Below, one piece after another: positions 1-7,899 of a stretch of 43,007 nt of DNA (position 1 is its first letter; every line of letters starts with the position of its first letter). The position numbers were made by a program, and so were the translations under genes. Below the pieces are notes generated by a model. The model saw nothing but the letters and a program-made list of their open reading frames with translations, searched no databases and was not told where the DNA came from. Source of the stretch: an uncultured bacterium (GTDB lineage: Bacteria > Patescibacteriota > Minisyncoccia > Phycocordibacterales > UBA5272); contig CAILKS010000022.1 of the NCBI GenBank assembly GCA_903834855.1, positions 1-43,007 of the forward strand, read 5' to 3'.

Positions 1-1086
1 AGTGCCACTAGCGCCTTGAGACCCATCTCTACCATCTCTACCTGCTGGACCAGCTACTGTAATGTATTTGGTTATGTAGATAGGCGGAGTTTCCAGTTTC
101 AAGTTTCCAGTTTGCAGTGGGGAGTTGGAAGGTGCGGGTGTATTTTCTGCTATCTGTACAGTAGTTACTGGTATTTCCTTTGTGATCACAGGAGAAGGAG
201 GAGTTACTGTTGGAGTGGATGGATTATTTGAAGCTATAAAGTCAGAAGCAATTAAATCATAATTACAGCGACTACTATCTATTTTTATAGAAAATGCTGA
301 TAACCCACAATATAAATTAAGTGATAACCTATCAAGAATTGGAAGGTTATTTTTCGTCGCCACACTTACTGATGCTGCTGTAGTGAAAGCGCCGAGAACC
401 ATGCCTTTATCATTATTAATTTCCTTTGCAGATAAAGCATACAGAGGAAGTATGTTTGCATTCGCAACTCTTAGGGATGGATAAGTCAAACCCCTTTCTT
501 TATTTGCAAATATTGGATGTAAAGTTTCAGATAAAGAAAAGCTTTTTATTGGGAAAATACCAGAAGTTAAAGAAGAAAGCTTATAGTTTTTATAAGAAAA
601 TAATTTTAATTTATTACCAATAATAGAAACCTCTCTAGGGTTACCATTTAACAAAACGAATCTTTGATTATAATTATAAAAAACTAATTTAGATAATAGT
701 AAGTTTGTTTCAGAAGCCACCTCCCCTAAATTACTTAAAAAACTAATGCTACTTTTATTAAATTTTTGAGAAGCTTTAAAAAATTGTAAAGTTAGAGAAT
801 GATCATCTAAAACAAAAATATCGTTAGTTTTTACTAATGATATTTCTTCTGGCAAATGCTGGGTCACATTTTTAAAATAAGAAACAACCGCTGGAGCGCG
901 AAATTTATTAAAAGTAAAAATATTACTAATCTGGGAAATTTCAGATAAAAGTGAGAAAGAATTATTAGAATTAAAATCTCTATCCATGTCAAGATAGAGG
1001 GCATAAACTTTATTTGTTGCGAGAGACAGAAAAACCGTAGTTAATACAAAAATCAAGAGGAGGTTTTTACGAACAAAAATTAACAT
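1..1086 (-). CDS. 5' part of a CDS running off the left edge: signal/TM-anchored secreted protein with a Pro/Thr-rich linker and a collagen-like Gly-X-Y repeat at the window edge
   Basis: I read the triplets by hand and found no minus-strand stop in the frame from the ATG (complement of 1084-1086) to position 1, giving 362 codons. The N-terminus is MLIFVRKNLLLIFVLTTVFLSLA (hydrophobic). The last codons read ...TVAGPAGRDGRDGSQGASGT. The ORF is absent from the supplied track because no stop lies within the window. Confidence 0.6.
   Translation of the reverse strand, partial: MLIFVRKNLLLIFVLTTVFLSLATNKVYALYLDMDRDFNSNNSFSLLSEISQISNIFTFNKFRAPAVVSYFKNVTQHLPEEISLVKTNDIFVLDDHSLTLQFFKASQKFNKSSISFLSNLGEVASETNLLLSKLVFYNYNQRFVLLNGNPREVSIIGNKLKLFSYKNYKLSSLTSGIFPIKSFSLSETLHPIFANKERGLTYPSLRVANANILPLYALSAKEINNDKGMVLGAFTTAASVSVATKNNLPILDRLSLNLYCGLSAFSIKIDSSRCNYDLIASDFIASNNPSTPTVTPPSPVITKEIPVTTVQIAENTPAPSNSPLQTGNLKLETPPIYITKYITVAGPAGRDGRDGSQGASGT
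90..117. repeat. Four tandem heptads TTTCCAG TTTCAAG TTTCCAG TTTGCAG inside the edge CDS
   Basis: Direct reading. The same TTTNNAG word family occurs in the intergenic spacer at 29581-29608. Confidence 0.7.
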
Positions 1087-1362
1087 GAATTTACTATAAA
1101 TTAAGTATAGTTTAAATACTGTAAAAGTATAGTAAAAACTGTTGATATTTTGTGGATAAAGGACACTCAAAAAATCTTTATTATATAAAGCTAAAATAAG
1201 AAATTTGTTAAATAAAAATACTCTAAAATTTTTAAAAAATATATCATCACTTTTAGAACAAAAAAGGAGGTTAAAAAATAGATAAAAAAATCACTAAAAA
1301 CAGGTATTTTTTACCCTATTTTTTAAAAGCAATAAAAAAGATTGTTTTACTAATAAAAAAGA

Positions 1363-2001
1363 CTACTTTATGTTTTTCCTAATAGACAAAATACCTTTTA
1401 AATATGACATTCTATGATACTTGGTTATTCCTAATTTTTTTATAGCAATTATATGGTTTTTTGTTCCATAACCAACATTATTCTCAAAACCGTAACCTTT
1501 ACAGGTATTTGCCAGCTTTTTCATATACTTATCTCTGGTTATTTTAGCTATTATTGAGGCTAAAGCTATCTCAACGTAGTTCTCATCCCCCTTTATGTGT
1601 GTTGATTGATTTAAATTATCTATTTTTACCTTAAGTCCCCCATCTAAATTAATTTTTATATGATTTATATCGATTCCTTTTTCTTTTAATTTGTTTAAAC
1701 AAGAAATTATACACGAATGTATCGAATTATTAACCCCATATTTATCTACATGTTCTGCACTTCGGCTAGATACCCCATAATCTATATTATTAATCTTTCT
1801 GTTTTTCCTAATAATTAAATATATGTTGTTACGTATAGCTAAACTAAGCTTCTTGGAATCCCTAATAGAACCATCAAAATACTCTCTTTTTGCACTTATT
1901 GAGTCTTTTAAGTAGACGGCACAGACGGTTACAGGGCCAGCAAGTGGCCCTCTACCAACCTCGTCGATTCCGATTACAGCTGTTGGTAAATACTTTATCA
2001 T
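1363..2001 (-). CDS. rnhB: Ribonuclease HII
   Basis: N-terminal IGIDEVGRGPLAGPVTVCAV motif and typical length (212 aa). Confidence 0.9.
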   Translation of the reverse strand: MIKYLPTAVIGIDEVGRGPLAGPVTVCAVYLKDSISAKREYFDGSIRDSKKLSLAIRNNIYLIIRKNRKINNIDYGVSSRSAEHVDKYGVNNSIHSCIISCLNKLKEKGIDINHIKINLDGGLKVKIDNLNQSTHIKGDENYVEIALASIIAKITRDKYMKKLANTCKGYGFENNVGYGTKNHIIAIKKLGITKYHRMSYLKGILSIRKNIK

Positions 2002-2048
2002 TCACTTAGTATATAGCAATAAGTATGATACTTAACCCCTATTTAAAA

Positions 2049-2200
2049 AATTATCAATTTTCAATTTTCAATTATCAAAAGATACAAATAAGCTACTTAA
2101 GCCAAAATTATCAATTTTCAATTATCAATTATCAAAAGATACAAATAAGCTACTTAAGCCAAAATTATCAATTATCAAAAGAAATACAAAGTATAATTGT
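2049..2200 (+). repeat. 57-bp tandem repeat, 2 full units (2049-2105 and 2106-2162, 1 mismatch) plus a partial third; each unit is a heptad tract (AATTATC AATTTTC ...) followed by AAAAGATACAAATAAGCTACTTAAGCCAA
   Basis: The two units were aligned base by base. The supplied ORF 2025..2249 is an artefact of this repeat. Confidence 0.85.
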
Positions 2201-2214
2201 GTTTATGAATTTAT

Positions 2215-2247
2215 TTGGAAATTGGAAATTGATAATTGAAAATTGTT
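2215..2247 (+). repeat. Family-A heptad tract (GGAAATT GGAAATT GATAATT GAAAATT G), inverted relative to 2049-2085
   Basis: Direct reading. It lies 40 nt upstream of the 2287 ATG. Confidence 0.75.
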
Positions 2248-2286
2248 AAGAATGTTATTACATAATATACTTAGTCTTATAATCAA

Positions 2287-2646
2287 ATGACTGAAGAACG
2301 TATATATAACCTAGAGAAAAGAACTTTGGCTTTTGGGCAGAATATTGTAGCTCTCTGTAAGGGCTTTAAGAGTGAGCCTCTTACTAGACCAATGCTTATA
2401 CAAATAATAAGGTCTGGAACTAGTATCGGGGCTAATTATGTCGAATCTACTGGTGCAAGCTCAAAAAAGGACTTTGCTCACAAGATTTTTATTTGCAAAA
2501 AAGAAGCCCAAGAAACCAAATATTGGCTTGCTATTATAGGCTCCACCTTTGAAGAGCAAAACATCCAAGTAAAAAATCTTCAAAAAGAGTGCCAAGAACT
2601 AGTCCTCATTTTCAATAAAATTGCTAGTTCCTCACGTGCAGAATAG
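2287..2646 (+). CDS. Four-helix-bundle protein of the 23S rRNA intervening-sequence protein family (Avd-like fold)
   Basis: Motifs IIRSGTSIGANYVES ... SKKDF ... KEAQETKYWL are typical of PF05635/TIGR02436. Length is 119 aa. Confidence 0.85.
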   Translation: MTEERIYNLEKRTLAFGQNIVALCKGFKSEPLTRPMLIQIIRSGTSIGANYVESTGASSKKDFAHKIFICKKEAQETKYWLAIIGSTFEEQNIQVKNLQKECQELVLIFNKIASSSRAE

Positions 2647-2667
2647 GCAATTTTATTGTGATATTTG

Positions 2668-2698
2668 TTTGAAAATTGATAATTGAAAATTGAAAATT
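2668..2698 (+). repeat. Family-A heptad tract (TTTGAAAATTGATAATTGAAAATTGAAAATT)
   Basis: It shares AAATTGATAATTGAAAATTG with 2226-2246, so the 2287-2646 gene is bracketed by a direct repeat. Confidence 0.75.
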
Positions 2699-2713
2699 AT
2701 TTTATCATTAATA

Positions 2714-2722
2714 TGATAAAAT
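2714..2722 (+). promoter_or_regulatory. Extended -10 (TGATAAAAT), 6 nt upstream of the dnaE ATG
   Basis: The sequence reads TGnTAAAAT-agaccc-ATG. Confidence 0.45.
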
Positions 2723-2728
2723 AGACCC

Positions 2729-5700
2729 ATGTTCATCCATCTCCGTAATCATACCCACTACTCCCTGCTCAAGGCCCTGCCAAAGGTGAAGGAACTTATT
2801 TCTGCTGCTAAAAATAATAAAATGGGATATGTTGCCATAACAGATTACAGTAACATGTACGGTACTATTGAATTTTTTTCAAAGTGTAAAAAGGAAAAAA
2901 TAAAACCAATAATTGGAGTTGAGTTCTCTCTTATTTTTAACGAAAGAACTTTCCAAACAATATTGATCGCTCGGACCTTAGAGGGGTACAAAAATTTAAT
3001 GAGAATAGTCTCGATTGTAAACGTAGATAATCCACTTAATCCAACCCTTAAAGAAGAGACTCTTGTAACTTACAAAAACGGCTTAACAGTTCTCTCTGGT
3101 GGTGTTAGTGGTGACATTAGTAATCTACTTGTAATAAATGAAAAAGATGCCGACTCACGACTTCTATTTTATAAAGAACATTTTGGTGATAATTTTTATC
3201 TAGAAATAAATCCACAAACTGGTATGGACCGTGGTGTTGAAATGCGCGATAAGACTATAGAGTATGCAAGAAAAACAAACACTCCCCTGGTGGCCACATT
3301 CAATACTCACTATATACATGATGCTGATAAAGCAGCTCATAAAACTCTTTACATGGTTCATGGAGATTTACATTCATCTGATGAATACAATCATCTGTTT
3401 CAAAAAGATTCATTTGCCTTTGTAGATACAGACACTGCTAAAAAAATATTTGCAGATACCCCTGACGCAATTTCAAATACTGTAAAAATTGCAGAAAGCT
3501 GCGAACTGGAAATCCCTCTTGGCGACTGGGTGTTTCCAAATATTGAACACAAGAAAAGTTACAATGAGGACTTAAGAGATCTAGCATACGAGGGTTTAGA
3601 AATTAGAAAAATGGAGTTAACTGATATTGTAAAAACTCGATTAGAGTATGAATTAAAAGTTATTGCAGATAAGGGTTATTCCCCTTATTTTTTGGTAGTT
3701 TATGACCTTTTACGATTTTCTCGAGAGAACGACATCCTCACAAACATTAGAGGTTCTGTTGCTGGTTCTTTGGTGACTTATCTTCTTAGAATTACAAAAT
3801 GCGATCCACTCGCATATAAACTTCCGTTTGAAAGATTCCTAAATCCTGAGAGACCTTCGGCACCGGACATCGATATGGATTATGCAGATACTCGTCGTGA
3901 TGAAGTTATTGATTATGCTCGTCGTAAATATGGAATAGATAATGTAGCTCAGATAGGAACATTCGGAACAATGATGGCACGTGGTGCTGTGAAAGATGTA
4001 GCTCGTGCAATGAAATATCCATACGTTGTTGGTGACCGTATTAGTAAATTAATTCCAATGCCAAAACAAGGATTCCCTGTGACTATAAAAGGTGCTCTAG
4101 AAGACATCCCAGAGCTTAAAGAATTGTATGACACAGACCGTGAGGTGCAAATAATTTTAGACATGGCACAAAAAGTTGAAGGATGTGCCAGACACATTTC
4201 CGTCCACGCTGCGGGAACAGTTATATCCCCTGCTCCACTTTGGGAATGGACACCTATACAAAAAGATCCAAAAGGTGGAAAAATAATTACTCAGTACGAT
4301 ATGTACACAATTGAAGATGCTGGACTGCTAAAGTTTGATTTTCTAGGAATTAGAAACTTAACCATATTGGGAGATGCGATTAAAATTGCAAAAGAAAATT
4401 ATAACATTGATGTAGATATAGAGGAGGTATCATTATCAGATGCAAAAACTTTTGAAATGTTATCTCGTGGCGAGACTATGGGATTATTCCAATTAAATGG
4501 TTCTGGTATGACAAGATTTTTGAAAGAACTAAAACCTAACGCTATCTTTGACATTAATGCCATGGTGGCCTTATATCGTCCTGGACCGCTAGAAATGATT
4601 CCTGAATACATAAGACGTAAACATGATCCATCACTCATCTCTTATCTTGACCCAAGACTAGAACAAATACTAGACCAATCTTTTGGAGTTATCGTCTACC
4701 AAGATGATGTTATGCTTATAGCCATTCATTTGGCTGGATATTCTTGGCTTGAGGCAGATAAATTACGTAAAGCTATGGGTAAAAAAATACCCGCAGAAAT
4801 GCAAGCGCAAAAAGAAAAACTATTAGCTGGATTCGTAGAGCATGGGCTGTCTGTAAAAAAGGGACAGAAGCTTTGGGAATTAATTGAGCCGTTTGCTGCA
4901 TATGGTTTTAACAAATGTTTAACTGGAGATACAAAAATTGCATCTGCAGAGACTGGCGAGATTCTAACAATAAGAGAAATATATTCCAATAATTTAAAAC
5001 CTAAATTATTAAGTTTGGGGAATGATGGCCTGCTTCAAAATAAAAAAATTACTGCAGTACTTGAAAATGGTATAAAAAATATTTATGAATTAAAAACTAG
5101 ATCTGGAAGAATAATTAGAGCAACGGGTAATCACCCTCTATTAACATTTAGTAAATGGAAAAATCTTGATGAAATTAAATCTGGTGAACGTATAGCCGTA
5201 CCCCGTAATTTATCGAGTCTAATCGGTAATGTAAAAGAAAAAGAAAAAGCTGCAATACTGGGATATTTAATATCAGAAGGTAATCTCTGCCACCCACATG
5301 GTATTTATTTCTATTCAACACAAGAAAATGAAATAAAAGATTTTATAAAAAATTGTAATAATTTCGAAAATTTTAAATATACATTAGATAAGAGTAAAGC
5401 TGCTACTTCTGTTTATTGTGGCCAAATAGACCAGAAAAAAGGAAATAATCTAAATAAGTGGGTTGAAAAACTAGGTCTAAAAAACAAAAAAGCTACAGAA
5501 AAAAATGTCCCCGATTGTGTCTTCAAATGGGACAAGGAAACTCTTTCTATTTTTATAGGAAAACTTTGGCAAGGTGATGGTTGTATCAGTATAAAAAATG
5601 AACAGGTATTTTATGCTACGAGTTCAAAAGTTCTAGCATATGACGTACAACATTTACTTTTAAGGTTTAGTATTTTATCTACAATTCATGAAAAGAAATT

Positions 5701-7225
5701 TAAATATAGAGGAGGAATAAAAATCGGATTTACTGTAGTAATTTCTCATAGAGAAAACTTACGTAAATTTAAAAGTACTATCGGTATGTATTTAATCGGT
5801 AAGAAAAAAGAAGATTTGAAAAAATTGCTCACGTTAACTGAAAATACTTTAGATATCTCTGCGAGAGGAACTAAGAATATTATACCAGCGGAAGTAATGA
5901 TACATATACGAAGGATAATGTTAGAAAAAAATGTCTCTGTTAAAAAAATATCTAAAGATACTGCTCTTTCGGAGAGATTATTCTCATATGATAAAAAGAA
6001 GACTGGCTATCAAAGAGCTGTAATAGAAAAGCTAGGAAAGTATTTAAAATCAAAGGAAATTTTACAAATCGCTAATAGTGATATTTATTGGGATGAGGTT
6101 GTTTCTATAAAAAAATCTGGTAAAGAAATGACTTATGACTTAACTATTCCACCTCATCATAACTTTGTTGCAAATGATATTATTGTTCACAATTCGCATG
6201 CTGCAAGCTATGGAAGAGTGGCGTACCAGACCGCTTATATGAAGGCAAACTTCCCTGTTGCATATATGACAGCAATCATGACTAACGAATCTGGTGATGT
6301 AGAGAAAATTGCTGAAATTGTTTCTGAATGTAAAAGAATGAATATAAAAGTTTTACCACCAAATGTAAATACTAGTGCAGGAGGGTTCTCCATCGTTCAA
6401 GAAGGAACAGAGAACGATGAATTTTCAATTTCTAATTTTCAATTTTCAAAAAATACAGAGACAAATGCAAACACAGATGCGGATGCGATTAGTAATAATA
6501 CAAGTAATGAAGAAATACTTTTCGGTTTGTATACAATTAAAAATCTTGGAGTCGATATATCAGATGCAATAATTGAAGAAAGAAACAAAAATGGAAAATA
6601 TAAATCTTTCGAAGATTTTATACTTCGTGTTACTCATAAAAATTTAAATAAAAAATCTCTAGAGGCATTAACTAAATGCGGAGCACTTGATGATTTAGTA
6701 GAACGTGGGGAAGTTTTAGCAAACTTAGAAAGTATTTTAGAATTTCATAAACATGTTGTAAAAGATAATGTGATGCAAGATAGTTTATTTGGAGGAATGG
6801 AGACTTCTTCTTTTGTTATGAAAAAAGCTCCCCCTGTTTCTCAAGAACAAAAACTTTCTTGGGAAAAAGATTTGCTTGGACTTTTCGTTTCTGGTTTTCC
6901 TCTTGACCCTTGGAAAGAAAAACTTGAAGCTCGAGGAATAGACATAACTAAAGTTCACCACGATACTCCTGATGGTAAAGAAGTTTCTCTGGGAGTCATA
7001 ATTGAAAATATAAAAATAACTATCACAAAAAAAGGTGACCAGATGGCTCTCGTCAAATTACGTGATTATAAAGGAACTATAGAAGTTGCTGTTTTTCCAG
7101 AAACTTACAAGAAATATAAATCACTACTTATAATAGATGTGCCACTTGTTGTTAGGGGGAAAGTATCGACTAGAAATGGTGAGAAGACTATAGCAATAGA
7201 TGAGGTTCGTAATTTACGACAGTAA
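2729..7225 (+). CDS. dnaE: DNA polymerase III alpha subunit (DnaE) interrupted by an intein
   Basis: N-terminal PHP motif (HLRNHTHYSLL), a GSVAGSLV-type palm, the FAAYGFNK|SHAASYGRVAYQTAYMKANFP fingers motif split by the intein, and a C-terminal OB-like region. Confidence 0.95.
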   Translation: MFIHLRNHTHYSLLKALPKVKELISAAKNNKMGYVAITDYSNMYGTIEFFSKCKKEKIKPIIGVEFSLIFNERTFQTILIARTLEGYKNLMRIVSIVNVDNPLNPTLKEETLVTYKNGLTVLSGGVSGDISNLLVINEKDADSRLLFYKEHFGDNFYLEINPQTGMDRGVEMRDKTIEYARKTNTPLVATFNTHYIHDADKAAHKTLYMVHGDLHSSDEYNHLFQKDSFAFVDTDTAKKIFADTPDAISNTVKIAESCELEIPLGDWVFPNIEHKKSYNEDLRDLAYEGLEIRKMELTDIVKTRLEYELKVIADKGYSPYFLVVYDLLRFSRENDILTNIRGSVAGSLVTYLLRITKCDPLAYKLPFERFLNPERPSAPDIDMDYADTRRDEVIDYARRKYGIDNVAQIGTFGTMMARGAVKDVARAMKYPYVVGDRISKLIPMPKQGFPVTIKGALEDIPELKELYDTDREVQIILDMAQKVEGCARHISVHAAGTVISPAPLWEWTPIQKDPKGGKIITQYDMYTIEDAGLLKFDFLGIRNLTILGDAIKIAKENYNIDVDIEEVSLSDAKTFEMLSRGETMGLFQLNGSGMTRFLKELKPNAIFDINAMVALYRPGPLEMIPEYIRRKHDPSLISYLDPRLEQILDQSFGVIVYQDDVMLIAIHLAGYSWLEADKLRKAMGKKIPAEMQAQKEKLLAGFVEHGLSVKKGQKLWELIEPFAAYGFNKCLTGDTKIASAETGEILTIREIYSNNLKPKLLSLGNDGLLQNKKITAVLENGIKNIYELKTRSGRIIRATGNHPLLTFSKWKNLDEIKSGERIAVPRNLSSLIGNVKEKEKAAILGYLISEGNLCHPHGIYFYSTQENEIKDFIKNCNNFENFKYTLDKSKAATSVYCGQIDQKKGNNLNKWVEKLGLKNKKATEKNVPDCVFKWDKETLSIFIGKLWQGDGCISIKNEQVFYATSSKVLAYDVQHLLLRFSILSTIHEKKFKYRGGIKIGFTVVISHRENLRKFKSTIGMYLIGKKKEDLKKLLTLTENTLDISARGTKNIIPAEVMIHIRRIMLEKNVSVKKISKDTALSERLFSYDKKKTGYQRAVIEKLGKYLKSKEILQIANSDIYWDEVVSIKKSGKEMTYDLTIPPHHNFVANDIIVHNSHAASYGRVAYQTAYMKANFPVAYMTAIMTNESGDVEKIAEIVSECKRMNIKVLPPNVNTSAGGFSIVQEGTENDEFSISNFQFSKNTETNANTDADAISNNTSNEEILFGLYTIKNLGVDISDAIIEERNKNGKYKSFEDFILRVTHKNLNKKSLEALTKCGALDDLVERGEVLANLESILEFHKHVVKDNVMQDSLFGGMETSSFVMKKAPPVSQEQKLSWEKDLLGLFVSGFPLDPWKEKLEARGIDITKVHHDTPDGKEVSLGVIIENIKITITKKGDQMALVKLRDYKGTIEVAVFPETYKKYKSLLIIDVPLVVRGKVSTRNGEKTIAIDEVRNLRQ
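4916..6193 (+). mobile_element. Intein (426 aa) with a LAGLIDADG homing-endonuclease domain, inserted in DnaE between ...YGFNK and SHAAS...
   Basis: It starts CLTGDTKI (block A), carries GNHPLL (block B) and two LAGLIDADG-like motifs (AAILGYLISEGNL and IFIGKLWQGDGCI), and ends NDIIVHN followed by a +1 Ser. The extein junction restores the conserved GFNKSHA motif. Confidence 0.85.
6422..6456 (+). repeat. Family-A heptad tract inside dnaE (TTTTCAA TTTCTAA TTTTCAA TTTTCAA AAAATAC)
   Basis: CAATTTTCAAAAAATACAGA (20 nt) is identical to the reverse complement of intergenic copy 22961-23006, and 19 of these nt recur in copy 7436-7474. It is translated as ...FSISNFQFSKNT... Confidence 0.7.
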
Positions 7226-7235
7226 ATTAGGGACT

Positions 7236-7480
7236 TCGTCTTAATTTTCAAGTATCAATTTTCAATTTTCAAGTAGATACAATCAGGGAACCAAAATTTC
7301 CAATTATCAATTTTCAATTTTAAAGTAAACATAATACGGAAACATGCATTTTTTGAAAATTTATAATTCTCTTGTTATTTATCGTATTTTTATTGCGTTT
7401 TTTGAAAATTGATAAACAAAATTATTTTGGTATTTCCTGTATTTTTTGAAAATTGAAAATTGGAAATTGAAAATTATTTT
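7236..7480. repeat. Cluster of family-A heptad tracts in both orientations (TTTTCAA-type at 7244-7274 and 7297-7323; TTGAAAA-type at 7349-7360, 7399-7413 and 7444-7474)
   Basis: Direct reading of the dnaE-secG spacer. Confidence 0.75.
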
Positions 7481-7535
7481 ATTATCTACCAACAACCCAA
7501 CTAATATAAGACTATTTACACAAACACACCCACTG

Positions 7536-7544
7536 TGATATAAT
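7536..7544 (+). promoter_or_regulatory. Extended -10 (TGATATAAT), 6 nt upstream of the secG ATG
   Basis: The sequence reads TGnTATAAT-accccc-ATG. Confidence 0.5.
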
Positions 7545-7550
7545 ACCCCC

Positions 7551-7778
7551 ATGGTTCAAATGCTATCTATTGTGCAAATCGCTCTAGCTATTCTCCTTAC
7601 AGCCCTCATCCTTGTTCAGCGTGCAAACACAGACGCTTCTGGGGCTCTTGGGGCAGATGGAGGAAGTACTGCAACGCTTAAAAAACGTGGGGGGGAATTA
7701 ATGCTTCACCGATTAACTGTTACTACGGCTGTTTTATTTGCATTAACTCTTGCAATTCCACTGATTCTATCTCGTTAA
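7551..7778 (+). CDS. secG: Preprotein translocase subunit SecG
   Basis: 75 aa with two hydrophobic helices flanking a Gly-rich loop (LVQRANTDASGALGADGG), the typical SecG layout. Confidence 0.7.
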   Translation: MVQMLSIVQIALAILLTALILVQRANTDASGALGADGGSTATLKKRGGELMLHRLTVTTAVLFALTLAIPLILSR

Positions 7779-7799
7779 GCAAGCACACCAGATAGTCGA

Positions 7800-7873
7800 A
7801 AGTCCATAAAGTCAAAAGTTTATAAAGAAATTGCATAATGCGAATTCAGTATCAACTTTTTACTTTATGAACT
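7800..7873. repeat. AT-rich imperfect inverted repeat of heptad words (AAGTCCATAAAGTCAAAAG / CTTTTTACTTTATGAACTT) downstream of secG
   Basis: The arms at 7800-7818 and 7855-7873 pair at 17 of 19 positions. Related words recur at 16186-16216. Confidence 0.55.
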
Positions 7874-7899
7874 TTACAAACTTGATGAACTAATCATGT

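Noticed and set aside
16-623. Track ORFs 16..231 and 426..623 on the plus strand.
   Set aside because: They are antisense to the 362-codon open frame on the minus strand, they begin at non-ATG or weak starts, and their composition is not protein-like.
1151-1159. Perfect DnaA box TGTGGATAA, plus near-boxes TTATCCATA (14161) and TTATCCATG (14411), as a possible oriC.
   Set aside because: These are isolated single boxes that an AT-rich genome could produce by chance. There is no dnaA or dnaN nearby. Gene orientation around 13.6-14.9 kb is convergent (terminus-like), not divergent.
2025-2249. Track ORF of 74 aa (MILNPYLKNYQFSIFNYQKIQISYLSQ...).
   Set aside because: It is a translation of the 57-bp tandem repeat and heptad tracts, so the periodic peptide is an artefact.
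2287-2646. The Avd-like four-helix-bundle gene as a marker of a diversity-generating retroelement.
   Set aside because: There is no reverse transcriptase gene and no template/variable repeat pair with A-specific mismatches in the window. The 100-bp duplicated units at 14611-14810 differ at all base types.
3949-4989. Antisense ORFs inside dnaE (3949..4197, 4399..4638, 4726..4989). Similar ones lie inside nrdA, uvrA, uvrB, tgt, fba, the Mur ligase gene, the MFS gene and the pfkB-family gene.
   Set aside because: All are short, lie wholly within well-supported conserved genes on the opposite strand or in another frame, and have no motifs or expression signals.
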